Shown: positions 1 to 13,261, counted from the first letter of the stretch. The stretch: 64,000 nucleotides of DNA from Rhynchopus sp. YZ270_cl-10 (GCA_964035575.1 OZ037845.1:1178001-1242000), one strand, 5' to 3'. Notes: a model not told the origin generated them from the letters alone. Numbers and translations: made by a program.

Positions 1-1
1 T

Positions 2-484
2 GTAGCTGCGTTTCTCTCTGCGAGTGGAGGGACGTTGGTTACTGTGTTGGGGTTTCGTGCGTGCGTGGGGTGGAATATTACGAGACAGAGTGGCTCGCAT
101 GCGGAGTGTTCTTTGTGGTTTATGCAACGTTTGCGGGTTGCGAAGAAGTGCATTGTGGAGGCGGCGGGGTTGTCCACTGGAGAGCTGTGGGTAGGGGATA
201 TGGGCACGCAGACGAACAGGTTCATGACCGTCGCTGGCGACCCAGTGGACCACAGCTGGGAGCTCTGCAGCACCGCCCTCACCACGCACTGCGGCTGTCT
301 TTACAGACCCCCGCCCTGCTCTGACCTCCCCTCCTCCCTCGCTGCCCTCCTCCGCCCAGCACCCCTAGTCAATAACCCCCAAGAGCAAAGCTGCGACCCA
401 GTCTACGAACTAATCGATGAAGTCTCCCCACCAGCCTCCCCATATCACTCCGAGGGGGAAGAGAAGGGTGACGAGATCCGGTGA
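2..484 (+). CDS. 3' end of a gene of unknown function, truncated by the window start
   Basis: Frame is open from base 2 to TGA at 482-484, with GC-rich coding-like composition followed by a T-rich UTR. No recognisable motif. Confidence 0.45.
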   Translation, partial: VAAFLSASGGTLVTVLGFRACVGWNITRQSGSHAECSLWFMQRLRVAKKCIVEAAGLSTGELWVGDMGTQTNRFMTVAGDPVDHSWELCSTALTTHCGCLYRPPPCSDLPSSLAALLRPAPLVNNPQEQSCDPVYELIDEVSPPASPYHSEGEEKGDEIR

Positions 485-891
485 TTTTCGGGAAAAAAAT
501 GTTTGTTTTTAGTGTGCGGAGATCAGCGCTTTGTTTCTCATCTCATGTTTTATTATTGTGGGCCAGGGGGTGGTGCCTGCATCAACGATTTCCTTTTTTT
601 CCCCTTTGCTTTGTCAAGCAAGGAAGGTGCGTGATGCTGGTCAGATTTACAAAAAATGGCGTCTCCCCCCTTTTTTTTTTGAATTGTTTGGGAATCACAT
701 ACTCACCACTTTCATACAATTTACAGGACTTTACACAACCTTGGTAACACCTTGGGCACATCTTTTTCGCGGTTTTCCCTTGTATTTGACAAGAAATTTG
801 TTGCAGGCAATCACAAGAGTTTTGAGTCTCCTTGGTGGAGGCGAGGGTTGGTACCTGTGTTTACACGTTCACAACGCGGAGACACAACAGG

Positions 892-3252
892 ATGAGTTCA
901 GATGCGAAAACGTCTGTACGAGAAAAACGCAGCTCGCGGCATCAACGATTTAATGCGCAGGGCATTGTGCCTTGGGCGCCCTCCCCGGTCTCGGACACAG
1001 TTACCCCCACGCTTCCTGAGCTTCCTAACTGGGCGTCGGAAAGGTATAGTGAACGGTTTTTGCGATCATCATCACCTGTGGCACGGATTGTTGTGAAGCG
1101 TTCACCACGGTCTGTACCGACCCCAGTTCAGACACCACAGACGGAGCAGAATATTGAGGTGGACGATGTCGAGTTGTCCTCCATCTCCTCCAAGGAGGCC
1201 AGCGAAGACAAGGAGCCTGTCTCGTCGCCCCCCTCCGACGACCCCGCATCTACCACGGACGAGCCTGCCCCGCTGCTGTCCTCCTCCTCCTCCTCTTCGC
1301 CTCCGTCGCCGTCTGCAGAGGTGTCCTCTGCTGAGGACGAACCTGCGCAACCGAGCAGCACCTCAGACAACGAGGGCAGCGATAAGAGTGTCTCTTCTTC
1401 TGACAACCGGCGACGCCGGCGGAGTCGGACGTCGATAGCGTTGCATGACATGCTTGATGCGGAGATAAAAGACTTTGTCAACTACATGCAGCTCAACGCA
1501 AAGGAGAGGAAGCACCGTGAGGACGTTGCGGCGCGGGTGCGTGTCGTGACGAAGGAGCTTTTCCCCGACAGCCAGCTCGACATCTTCGGCAGCTGGTCCA
1601 CGGACCTCGCGCTCCCCTCCTCCGACATCGATGTCACACTCTGCGGTGTCGAGCCCTCAGAAGCCACTGAGCTTGCAGAGGCACTCCAAACTGCCGGCTT
1701 CTCCACCCACCTCATCGCGACCTCGAAGGTCCCTATCTTGCGCCTCACAGACCCTGTCACAGGAGTGCACGCTGATATCTCATTCAACATGTCCCGCGCA
1801 GCAGCGTCGGCAGCAAACATGAAGAGATTAATGCAAAAATACCCTCTCGCACGGCCACTCATCATCGCATTGAAATCTATCCTCAAGCAGGGTAACATCA
1901 ATGAAGTCTACACGGTATGTTTTTTTTAAAAAAATGTCAAATAAATATGAAAAAATCAACGACAACAACAACAGGGTGGACTGAGCAGTTATTCGTTGTC
2001 TTTGATGGTGATATCGTACCTGCAGGTGCAGGAGAAGGAGGCGGAGGAGGAAGGGGAGGGTGATGAGGGGTCGTCCCTTGAAGGGGACACTGCGGAGGGA
2101 GAGGGGTCGAGTGGTGGGAGTGTGGGGAGCAGTGATGGGCAGAGTCAGGAGGGTGGGTCGCAGGAGAGCGCTTCGCCTCCGACACCGCCGTCGCCGTCGC
2201 CGACGGAGGGGGAAGGGGAACAGCGGGAGCGGGAGCGTGACCTTGCTTCGTACGCAGGGGTCGGCAAGGCCTTCCTCGGCTTCCTTGAGATGTACGGCCT
2301 AGAGCCCACGTCGCTTGACTTCGAAAACCTCACAATAAGCGTCGCGCGAGGCGGCTACATACCAAAGAAAGACTCACTCTGCTCAACCCCCGGCTCGCTC
2401 CTCTCCCTTGAAGACCCTCTGTACCAAGGTATGTAATGGGAAGGGTAAAGAAACATAGGTACTCTGAGAGGGCAGATGTGGCAAAATAAAATGTTGATAA
2501 CACAGAAAACGACGTCGCGAAAGGCACCTTCAAGTTCATGGAGGTGCGTGAGCTCTTCAGCACCGCACTCAAGATGATCCACGTCTACGAGGACCACGAG
2601 ACCAGCGGCCGCAGCTATCAGATGCAGATGATGGGCGCACACCCGGCGACAGCGGTATGAGTTCTTCTTCCCTCTTCTCCCCATTTTTCCCACTACGTCC
2701 ACAAAGGCATATTTGCACTTTTCCAGTTTGGGTGCATTGAGTGCACCCTATTATACCTTCTATTCAGTAGAATAGTTTATGAAACACTTTTCCAACTTTT
2801 GTTAAAATCCTCTCAACATCTCATTTTTCCCCCTACAGCTTCTCGCCGTGTATGGATGCGACCCTCGTGAGTACGTGGCACAGTCATGGGCTGGACAGGG
2901 CATGATGAGGCACGGACACGGGATGCACCACATGCACCTGCCATTCCACATGTCCAGTGGAGGCATGGTTCCTCCTGGTATGATGGGTGCGTGGTATCAG
3001 AACGGGATGCAAAACGGCCATGTGCACCCACCACACTTCCACCCACACCACGGGACCTGGGTGCAGCAGCCGCAACAGCCCCTCCACTTTGCAGGCAGTG
3101 CGCATGGTAACAGAGGCGGACGGGGTGGTGGTGGAGGCGCAGGTTCCGGCAAGGCCTTCTTCCCTTCGCAAGGGGTTGCACCCAAGGACGGATTTGGAGT
3201 CCTCAACAGACAAGGTACCACAGCGGCGAGAAAATCTAGTGCAAAGGCGTGA
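892..3252 (+). CDS. Non-canonical poly(A) polymerase / nucleotidyltransferase of the TRF4/PAP2 (TENT4) family, 4 exons (892-1914, 1975-2428, 2506-2654, 2839-3252)
   Basis: Catalytic motif FGSWSTDLALPSSDIDV, plus KVPILRL and DISFN. Splicing GT-AG introns restores NEVYT|GGLSSYSL and EDPLYQ-ENDVAKG, both typical of the TRF4 PAP-associated region. Confidence 0.88.
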
Positions 3253-4395
3253 TGATAAGGCGTGTGTTCAAGTGATTATATTGTTTTTGTGAAGATGGAG
3301 AGAAGTGGTGGTAGTGTGTAGGTGAGATTCGAGTTTATCACGGTTGCAAGAAAAGCAAAAAAAAAGATTAAAAAAAAATGCAAAACAAAAAAAAAAAAAA
3401 AGATTCGTTCCTTTACTGCTCTGTTATCATTCAGAAAAAAAACCCCCCCCCAAGAATAGAAAAACAACACCAACAAACAATAAAGTATTTTACAACAAAA
3501 AAAAAAGACAAAATAAATCAGTGTCCGTTCCTCAAGACCCTTTCCCCGTCGACTCACGCATCGCTCCCTCACCAAAACGGGGGAAAGGAAGTAAATGGAC
3601 TGGTCCCTTTGAAGGTAAAGCAAAAATAGAGGCAAAATCAATCGTTAAATGTCAAGAAAAAAAGGCAACAAAAAAATAGCTATGTGTCAGTGAAGTGGAC
3701 GTATTTTTTTTTAAAAGTTTTGCGATAAATTTCCATTCATGTCAAATTTCCAGCAAAAGGGCGCGCATCCGATATGCCCCATAACCATTGGACTGTGCAA
3801 AGCTTTGCTTGGACGATTTTGTGCGGAGCAAAAAAAAATAAAAAAAAATGAAAGTGAAGATTGCACAATTTAAGGTGACAATCAACACTATTCCAACACT
3901 ATTCAAAAAAAAGACAAAAAACACAAAAAAAACACAAAAAAACCAAAAAAGAGATATGGTGGAGATTGCACAAAGGTCGCAGCTCCACTATTTTCAAAAA
4001 AAAAAAAAAATTCAAAAAAAAATGTAAAAAAAAAACAAGCAACAAAAAAAACAGCAAAAATTTATTTAAAAAAAAAACACACAAAACAAGCGAAGGGTTT
4101 TCTATTTCGAAGAAAACAAAAAAAAAAAATCAGCATAACCCTCATATCCATTTCTTCCGCAATCCCTCCTCCCCCCCTCCTCCTCCTCCTCCTCCCGTAT
4201 ATCTCCGTCCTTCCGCAATCCCATTCCCATTCCCAAATACAAATGTTTATCAGTTCCGAAGATTTTTTTTTTTGATTGTTTTGATGCGATGTACCCAGAC
4301 CCACGCATCTACGGATTTATTTTATTTTATTTTATTTTTTTTGTTTTATTTTTCGGCTGACTGATTTCTTCTGGAAAAAAAAATGTACCCAGGGA

Positions 4396-4516
4396 TGGTG
4401 CTTTCGGAAATCGGTCAACGACCTGTCAATATCAGGGGATATCTAGAAAAATTTTTTTTTCTAGAAAGTCCCTGTGTCAACGACCTGTCAATTCTCGACC
4501 CCCTCCCGGAGCACCA
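4396..4516. mobile_element. MITE with TGGTGCT...AGCACCA termini and 5-bp TSD AGGGA
   Basis: AGGGA at 4391-4395 and 4517-4521. Internal ACGACCTGTCA direct repeats. A second copy lies at 10917-10995. Confidence 0.7.
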
Positions 4517-7500
4517 AGGGAGTAAAAAATCAGAAGGGGCCTTATCTATCAACTGTTTGTAAGTGTTTTGTAAGGCAGCTCCATCTTTTCAACCCCTTTC
4601 TTCTTATCCCTTTTAAAAAGACATATCGAGGGTACATCTTGTTGTTTTTTTTTAAACCATGAAAACTAGGATTTCCCAAAGGTGGGATTGAGTTCTGGCT
4701 TACAGTCTATATCCCCAATTATTTTTTTTCTTCTCCGACCTCAAAAAGAAGTTTTTTGTGCGAGTTGAATTTTTCAAAAAAAAATCTTGTATTCCAAAAA
4801 ACGGGGTTGTGTGGAGGGGGGTCATTCAAAGAGTTTCTTTACTCTGTGATGGGTGATTTGACGCCTGAGGCTCTAACCATTTCCTTCGGGTGTCGGGTTG
4901 TGGGGAGGTTTATTTACCGTGGCCAAAAAAGCCTGGGCACCACGGGCGTAGCACTCTTATAATTTTTTATTGTATCACTTTGGAAAACGCTGTGTTCAGA
5001 AGGGCTGAGCTACAGTTCAATAGAACCCCTTTTTTTAAAAACCAATCCTGGCGGTTTGGGTCCAAAGGAGGTGTCTTAAACCACACAGGACAGTGGAGAT
5101 TTGCACAAAACTGTGGCAACACAAACCGAGGCAACTACACTACTCCAAACAATTTATCAAACCAAAGAGGGGAAAAAAAAAGGATGAATGAGATTCAACG
5201 GAACACTCTCCAGGTCTTCTCTGTGGCGATGTGTCGTTTATCTTAGTTTTTTAATTTCTAATTTAATTGGTGTGGGTGAAGCAATCCACGGGAAAACTCT
5301 GAAACTATGGGTTGCTGAACCGCACCATTAATAGTACCTATTTAGGGTAAGTGTTCTATATGGCAAGGGCGGTGGTGTGGTTGAGCCTGCCTCCCCAAAA
5401 AAATATAAAAAATGGACGGTGAAGATTGCACAAAGGCGGCAGCTGCCACTGTCCACACCAAGGTTTTTTTCAAGAAAAACTTTAAAAAAAAACAACAACA
5501 AAAAACAACAACAAAACTGAAGACCTAGTACTAAGTGAAAAAATAGGAAAAAAAAATCACGGTGGAGAGCGCCTCTTCTTGCCAAACTAAGTTTTCAAAA
5601 CAAAAAAATAAAACACAAACACATCTAAAAAAAAGTAGCAAAAAAAAAAAAAACAATACCAAAAAAAAAAAAAAACACCAACAAATTATGTCTTGAAGGC
5701 ATAATGATTTTCGATTCTGCTAACTTTCGTGAAAAATTCTAAAAAAAAAACAAAACACAAAAAAAAACACGCAAAAACATAAAAAAAAAAACAAAACGAG
5801 GAACTTTTTTTCCTCTCTATTACTTTGAAGACACATTCGTTTTGTTTCGTTGTTTTAAGCCCCCTTTTTTTTCCTTATTTTTTTCCTCTATTTCCCCCCC
5901 AGAATTGGGAAGGGTTAAAGAACTCAGGACTTGGCACCAGTAGGTTGGTTTGATATAAAAAAATTGGTATCTTTTTTCCAATATGCGAGAGTCCATCCTG
6001 GTCAAGGGTAACATCAAAAAAAAAAACTAAATCTTTGTCACATTTTTTTGGTAGTGAAGATGAGTGCTAACCATTGTGCTGTGTCTGCAAAACAATAAGG
6101 CGATAAGTGTAGTATAGTTCATCTTCGGGTTGTCTACACTAAAACAACCAAGTTTTCAATAAGCCTTTTTTCCTTTTCAAGGTTGTGTGTGATAGCATGC
6201 ATTGAAGACCTATCCTTGTTGTGATAGGTTACTTTGTCATTTATCGGTATGGTGTGTTTTTTTTCTTTTCTTTTTTTTGGAAGATTGGCCCAAAATACAA
6301 CCTGAGAACAGTATAAAAGGGGTAATCAATCGACTCTAGAATTGAGGTACTGTCAAAAAAAGGCAAGAAAATGGATTTGGGAAAGCAAGGGAAGGCGAAA
6401 TAAATACAACAAAAAAAATTGGATTAATGAAGACTGTGTACCGCGAGGACATATTGCTTTTGCGGCTTTTATCGTCTCAATACAATGGCCTTTTGGGTGA
6501 TAATGAGTATCGACCCTACGGTTGGTAATAAAGCACAATATACAGTCACACAACAAACATCGGGTGGGGGTAAAAAAACTGTGGATTTTTGGGATTTCAA
6601 AAAAGGATGGGGGTTTTTTTTTTACTCCACCTCCACCGTTTGTTGTGATTGTAATCTAGTTATGTATGAGCGGGTCCTGAGGGAGACAGGGAAGAGAGGA
6701 TAAGACCGAAGAAAAAAAGGGAGAACTGCAATATGTATAGTATGTAGAGTGGAGTTCATCCCTCGGGTGTCTACACTAATACAACCAAGTTTTCAAAAAA
6801 AGGGAGAACTGCAATAATGTATGTACCTCTTATAGGGGTCTTGCTTTGCGTTCCTCTCTCTTGATTGAAAATAATATCTTAATCATTTCTCTTGCAGAGA
6901 TGTGCGTGCGCGAGAGAGACTCATTCATCTTTCAAGTTTTTTTTTTCTTTTCTCCACCCTCTTCCCTTTTGCCCACAGATGCCAGTCCGCCGCTCCCCTT
7001 GTTATTCCGACTCAATGAAACAAAACTTATTAGTGGAGCACACTCTAGGGTGGCTACACTAATACAACTAAGTTTTCACAAAACAAAAAAAAGCGCTCGC
7101 TGTAATCACAGCGCGATACAATCCTCATATCTTTTTCATTTTTTTTTTTTTTTTTAGAGTTTATTTTTGTTCTTTCTCAGTGTTTGCGTCCCAGAGCGTT
7201 TGCGCTATCAGCCACCTTTTTGTAAAAAAAAAAAAAATGAAAACAATTTTTTAGAACTCCGCTCAAGATTAATTTCATATTTTTTTTTGGGGAAGGGAAG
7301 GGAGGGTATATCCCGATTTTTCTATTGTATTTTAAAAGCAAAAAATTCTGTTCCCATTTTTATCATCTGTTCCTTTTTCCCCTCCACTTTTCGGGCATTT
7401 TTTTCTTTTTTACTTCCCTATTCCCTCTTGAGAATATTATGTCTCTTCTAGGTATGTGTAGACAATTCAAAATAACACAAACCACTCCCCGTTCGGTCCA

Positions 7501-8121
7501 AAAAAAAAAAAAAATACCAAGGGATTGTCAAAAACAAAGTGTTCCAAACAAGTTTTGTCAAACAATTAAACGTGCAGCACCCAATCGGTGGTGCGGGATT
7601 GTCGATCAAAAAAAAAACCCCCCCCTCCCAGTGCAGACTGCGTGGCAGCTACACTAACCCAACAAATTATCAAAAAAAAAATATTTGGGCGTCCACTCAC
7701 CCCCACACCACACCCCATTACGAAAACATTGCTGTTAGGTTTTTTTTTATTTTCTTTTTTTTTCTTCAATTTTTTTTATTTTCTGTGCACCCCTCTGGAT
7801 GGTACCGAATTTCTTCATTTTTTTTTTCTTCCTTCTTGAAAGCTGCATCCGTCATGAGAGTTGTTTACAACTCTTTAAGATGCTTCTTTTGTACATTTTT
7901 GAGACAATCCGAAGACGAGGACAAAGAGACAAAAAATATGAAACACAGTTTTCTGTCTGTATCTTCTAAGTACAATAGCCTTTCGGGCGACATTGTGTGG
8001 GTTTGTATAACGGAACAGAGTGTCAATCTTATAAATTTGTCAGACGGAGACACGATATGTCTTTTTGTGTTCTTTTCTTTTAGTGTTATCTGAGGGGGTT
8101 TCAATACGCTATTGGAAAACC

Positions 8122-8320
8122 TGGGGTGATCAGAGGTACTTTTTTGCAGCTCCAGTCAAGAAAAATCACGAAAAATCACAACGGTTACAAAAACCAAATT
8201 GTGATTTTGTGTGATTTTTTTTTTTTTGTGATTTTTTGTGAGTCTTCGCATTCCAGATTTCGTGATTTTTCATGATTCTTTGTGACTGGAGCTGCAAAAA
8301 AAGTACCTCTGATCACCCCA
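8122..8320. mobile_element. MITE with ~37-bp TIRs (TGGGGTGATCAGAGGTAC...) and 6-bp TSD AAAACC
   Basis: Near-perfect terminal inverted repeats. AAAACC at 8116-8121 and 8321-8326. Confidence 0.8.
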
Positions 8321-9342
8321 AAAACCGATACTTTTTGCATAGTGTACGGTGAGGCGTTTTGCACCTTTTCAAACTTCTCTTCCTTCATTTTTTTTTTTTT
8401 TTTTTTTGAATGTTGCGATAACAGACTTCAATTTTCTTTTCTCTCATACCTTATTTCTTACGTCTGCTGATCAGCATAACCTTTTGGTTATGTTTCCCCC
8501 CCATTTTCCCCCCCAGCGAAGAAAAAAAGGTGTTCTTTAAATCTTTCCCCAAGGAATGTTATCGTTGATAGACAATTAAAAAAAAGAGAGGGGTTTCTTC
8601 CCAATACGCCTCTGTTCACTGATTTTTCTCACAAAAGTCATCTTCTCTCTTTGTCTCCTTTTTGTTGGGAGGAGTGTAGAAATTGGTCCATCCTTAGAAA
8701 TTTTCGCCCCTATTGAGACACAACGTTATGAGTCTCGCTTTCCCCCCCCCCCTTATTTTCCACATTGTGTTTTTTGCATGACTGTGGTCATCTCAAAAGC
8801 ACTACAGGACTTTAACGTCCAACCCCCCTTCCCAAGTGTCAGTGTGCTGCCTCACCAGAGGGCGTTTGCACATATCAAATTCACTTTTTTTAATTTCGAG
8901 AAAGCGTCGTTCGAGGCGTTTGGGTTGGTGTACCCTTTTTCTCTCTCCTTTTTTTTTCTCTTTTTTCTGCCCTCTGATTTTACCTGAAATTTGATGGAGT
9001 TTGGTTTAAACACCACTAAACCCTACCAACTTTTCAAGAATTCAGGTGGTATCATTTTTAAATTTAATTGAAGATTTGGAGAAAGTAAGAAGAAAAAAAA
9101 AATACTACTGTCAGCAATACCACTATATGCCACCTCCCTCACGATTGCTGTTGTGTCTTGACGTATTTTCTTTTTACCTGAAGAACATCTTTATACTTAA
9201 ATATATTCTAAGGGTTAAGAAGAAAACACTCAAAATGCAACGATATATCTCACCCACCACCCACCACCCCTCTCGTGTGTATTAACACTCCCTCCTCCCT
9301 ATATCGATGAGTGATTTTGTTGTGTGGTGTATTGTGTCCTTA

Positions 9343-9576
9343 TATGGGACAGTCCATAAACCCACCCCCCTAAAAGGTAACCTTTTGAATATTTTTTACA
9401 TTAGATAACTTCCACTCGGACTTTTTGCTCGATTTTTGCTCCTTTGAACTCAGAATATTGTTTCTGAGGTCACAGGAGCAAAAATCGAGCAAAAAGTCCG
9501 AGTAGAAGATAGATGAATTAAAGTCGAGAAATAAAAAAACTCCACCCGGGGGGGGGGGTTTATGGACTGTCCCATA
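9343..9576. mobile_element. Fold-back MITE flanked by TA (Tc1/mariner-like)
   Basis: TATGGGACAGTCCATAAACCC / GGGTTTATGGACTGTCCCATA termini, with an internal near-perfect palindrome of ~42-bp arms at about 9415-9502. Confidence 0.75.
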
Positions 9577-10916
9577 TACACAAAAGGGGGGAAGAAAGGA
9601 GGGGGGTATGCCCTTAGTTTTGTGTGACCCGTATTGCAGCCTAACTTTGTGGTATTGTATTTCGAACGAATTTTGAAAAAGATGCTGTGCTGGAGACACA
9701 TTCATCTTTTTTGGTTTTGTTTTTTTTTATATGGTCCCGAAGAAGGTAATAATAAGTGCCTGGGTTCTCATTCCGTACCCCAAAGAACTGTTGCAGAGGT
9801 TAAAAAAAAATGCCAACAGAATAAGCCAAGGAAAAAATCAAACAGAAAAAAAAAAAAAAAAACATTCTCTTTTTGTGGCTTATAAAAATAAATGGATTAG
9901 AGAACTCCACTTCCCCAGGGCGTCCTTTGAAGGGAAAAAACCCCCCCCACTCCCCCAAAAAAAAAAAAATCTGCCCAACTTGATCATTTTTTTCTTCTTC
10001 CAAAACGGCTGTTCGTTTTACCCATATCCACTTATTTGGTTTCCCCATTTTTTTTTGTCACTCCCCGTTAAAATTTTTGCGTTGTTTTTTTTAAAGTCTC
10101 GTTTCTTCCCCTCTTCCCCCTTTTCGTTGGCGTGTGTTAAACGTTTTTATCCCAGGGTTCGGGGACGGGGTGGGTCATTTTTCATTTTTGTTTTTTTTTT
10201 TTTTTTTTTCATATTTTTTTTAAAACAATTGAGTTTATCTCTTCTCTCTCTCCCTTCCGTTCTCCCTTTCTCACTCCCGTGTCCCCACCCCCCAAAAAAA
10301 AAGTTCTTTTTTTCCTTTTTATCAATGTATGTTGTTGTGGGAAAGTGGGTTGTCGTGGTATAATGGTGGGTTCTATCAAAGAAAAATATTTAAAAAAAAA
10401 AGTTTTTCCTTTTTAAAAAGGGGTCCATGGGGGTAAGAGGGGAGAGGAGTGTAGACAATTACTAACTAAAAACCCCACTTTTTCCATTTTATTTTTTTTC
10501 TCTTTTGTGTACCTTCTTTGAATGGAAAGTACATGAAATTGTTTTTTTTTTTTTAAATTGTTATTTTTTGCTCAGTCGAAATGCTTCATTTCTACTATTT
10601 TATTTATCTCGTTAAAAAAAGTGGGTGTTCTATTTGGCAGTTGTCTTCAACTCTTCGTACAACGTCTTCTTGTAGAATCGTGTGTGTGCCTGTATTTAGT
10701 GGAGAAGACGGGATGGGTGTGTGTTTGATAAAATAGGGGGTAATTTTTTGCGCAGAATATGGCCCAAATGTGTGTGTTTGATAACAGAACCTAGAGTGGG
10801 TCACGCCTGAACGGAGTATAGTCCACTTTTGCGTGTATGTTATCACCCCCTTTTTTTTACCCTTTTTCTCTTTGCAACTCATAACCTCCTGCCAGGTTTA
10901 TTGGTTTAAGATATGG

Positions 10917-10995
10917 TGGTGCTTTCGGAAGTCGGCCAACGACCTGTCACGACCTGTCAGCGACCTGTCAATATCGACCCCCTCCCGGAGCACCA
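10917..10995. mobile_element. Second, shorter copy of the TGGTGCT...AGCACCA MITE
   Basis: Near-identical ends to 4396-4516 and three GACCTGTCA repeats. TSD degenerate (TATGG/TGAGG). Confidence 0.6.
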
Positions 10996-11885
10996 TGAGG
11001 GTATTTTTTGAACACCATCCAGCCTCGTTCTTCAAAGTGAAGGTATTTCGACAAAAAAAAAAATGTGCAGTCCAGGGGAAAGTTGATCCGATTGCGAGAA
11101 GGGTGCATATTATAAATTGTTGGTTTTTTAAGAGTTTTTCAAAGATCATTAAAGGTCAGACAGAACGTTAAGAACGGAGATTGTTTTATTCGTACTGCGA
11201 CCGTATGATTTAAATGAGAAATACAAAGCCAAGATGATGATTAAAAAGTACCCCTTATTTGCTCCATTCCGCACCGTTCATCATCAAATTTGGTGTTAAA
11301 AAACAAGTCCAACTTCAGGAGAAACTAGCAATGGTTCGCAAAAGGCTAACAAAAAAACAAACCAAAACAACAAGCAAAACCAAAAAAAAGCAAAACAAAA
11401 CTAAAATGATAGTGTAGCACATCCTCGGGATTCTACAAAAAAAAAAAATTCAAAAAAAAAAAAAAAAAAGCAAAAACAAAAAACAAACAAAAAAACAAAC
11501 AAAAAAAGAAGTAACATAAAATGGAAGTGAGTAAGTGTCTTTAAAAGGCAGCGACGATTATCATTAAAACATTTAGCAAAAACAAAAAAGCAAACAGAAA
11601 AAAAAAAAATCCAAGAAAAAGCAAAAAAAATAAAAGAAAGTGGAGCAAAAAAAAGCGCGAAAATTGACCTTTATCTCTTTTTTTTTCAATTTTCCCAAAC
11701 CATGTCAAAGAGACATGAATACCAAAAAAAAAAAAAAAGCAAAAGCGAAAAATATTCAAAAAAAAAACAACAAAAAAACAACAAACAAACAAACAAACCA
11801 AAAAACGACGAAAAAGGCAAACAATAAAACTGTATTCCTCTATTTTTTCCCCTACGTTTGTTCCCCCACCTTTCCACCCCTCCTC

Positions 11886-12494
11886 TGTTGTGCATGATGA
11901 AATCCTGGAACCGCCCTAGCCAAGCCGAAGCAACGCTGTGGATACATTCCAACCTCACCTGACTGCTGACACAACACAAACCACACTCCTTTTTATCCGC
12001 CTTGCAAGGCTCCTCTACCCACTCTGCACATAGAAAGCAATGATGATAAACTTGGCATTTGGATTGAAGCCTCGGCTGTTGAAACCAAAACCTTTCTACC
12101 TTAACATATCTTGCTGAGCACACTTCCGTCTCCACACAGCAACATGATGCACAAAACACAACCATTCGGCCAGAGGTGGCCAACAAAGTCACGGCACCCT
12201 CGGTGGGGCTCGAAAAATTATGTCAAACTCAACAGGTCTGATTGTTGCTGCTCTCCTCTTTTGAACACAACCACTTCACATGACACCACACACAGCGAGC
12301 ATGATGACAAAACTTCTTGGCAGCACCGCAAGCTGCTCCCAATACACCTCTCAGGAGGATATGAGGGTTGGTCTTTCTTTCGCCCCTAGCTGACTCCACA
12401 ACCTGTGCACGTTCACACACCACATCACATCACATCACACCACGATGCAACACAACTGCAGCTTCGGAAGTGATGAAAACCACTGATATGCCGC
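11886..12494 (+). ncRNA. snoRNA block 1: C/D types C (11894-11969), I (12040-12117), E (12144-12241), F (12301-12393) and truncated A (12470-12494)
   Basis: RTGATGA...CTGA boxes. Terminal stems TGTTGTG/CACAACA (C) and CAGCAACA/TGTTGCTG (E). rRNA-antisense guides next to D or D' boxes. Confidence 0.85.
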
Positions 12495-12608
12495 ATACAA
12501 ACGCATCCACTACGCTTCTCTAACATCATTTGAAATGTCACGTGTCTCTTCACCGTACTTCAAATTACACATATTTCCAACCAAACTTTCACAGGTTTTA
12601 CACATAAC

Positions 12609-13052
12609 ATGCCGCGTGCTCTGCAGGTTGAGAACCGTTGTTTTGAATCCTATGGTGTTGCATGCGCATCGTATTTCGAAGTTATCGTGGGCACTGCAAC
12701 ACTGCCGGTTGTTGGTACGAGGTTCTACAAGCATTCCGCACCGAACGGTAGTGACGCTATCGTCATCGAGGCGGAGCCTGCCAACAAGTACGACAGTAAC
12801 GCCTTGAAGATCGTGAACGTCACAAAGCGTGAGCAGATGGGCCACCTCAGCAGAGGGGTCTCCGCCGTCCTCGCACCTCTCATCGCCAGCGGCACAGTGC
12901 GTGCGTCAGTGTGCATCGAGCACTACACCCTAGACAACGTTGCGGTGTTCTTGACCCTCTACACACTACACTGCAATATGACCGATCAAATGATCTGTGC
13001 TCTCTCCAAATGCCCCGGGTTCGTAGCAGCAGAAAAGCTTCACTGCGGGTAG
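12609..13052 (+). CDS. Stand-alone HIRAN-domain protein
   Basis: VVGTRFY...EPANKYDSNALKI...GHLSRGVSAVLAPLI matches the HIRAN consensus (VVGxxYY, EPxNxYDxNAI, GxLP/SR). Intronless. Confidence 0.75.
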   Translation: MPRALQVENRCFESYGVACASYFEVIVGTATLPVVGTRFYKHSAPNGSDAIVIEAEPANKYDSNALKIVNVTKREQMGHLSRGVSAVLAPLIASGTVRASVCIEHYTLDNVAVFLTLYTLHCNMTDQMICALSKCPGFVAAEKLHCG

Positions 13053-13261
13053 CGTTCGCCTGCGTTGCTGACAGAACGCCTAGACTTCTCTGATGAAAGG
13101 TGCGTATGTGCCTGTAGGGAATGCGTTTATGTTTCATCTTCTCGTGGAGTGTCATGTGTCTGCATGTTGCTCCGTCTCCGTCTCGTCCTTTTTTAAAAAA
13201 ATAGTGGTGGATCAAATTTTGCGTTTGTCATTCAACTTTTAGAGTTTTCTACACAGCGAGC

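Noticed and set aside
3276..11897. K/F-rich ORFs in AT-rich intergenic DNA
   Set aside because: Products of homopolymer runs with no coding bias or motifs.
11908..11924. Type C D' guide as a second P-loop guide (UUGGCUGGGGCGG)
   Set aside because: Needs a wobble pair and conflicts with the flank implied by the type A guide. Left unassigned without the host rRNA.
12111..12423. Short ORFs repeated across the blocks (e.g. ...WGSKNYVKLNRSDCC..., MVFLSPLADSTTC...)
   Set aside because: They are translations of snoRNA modules, and frames are broken by indels between copies.
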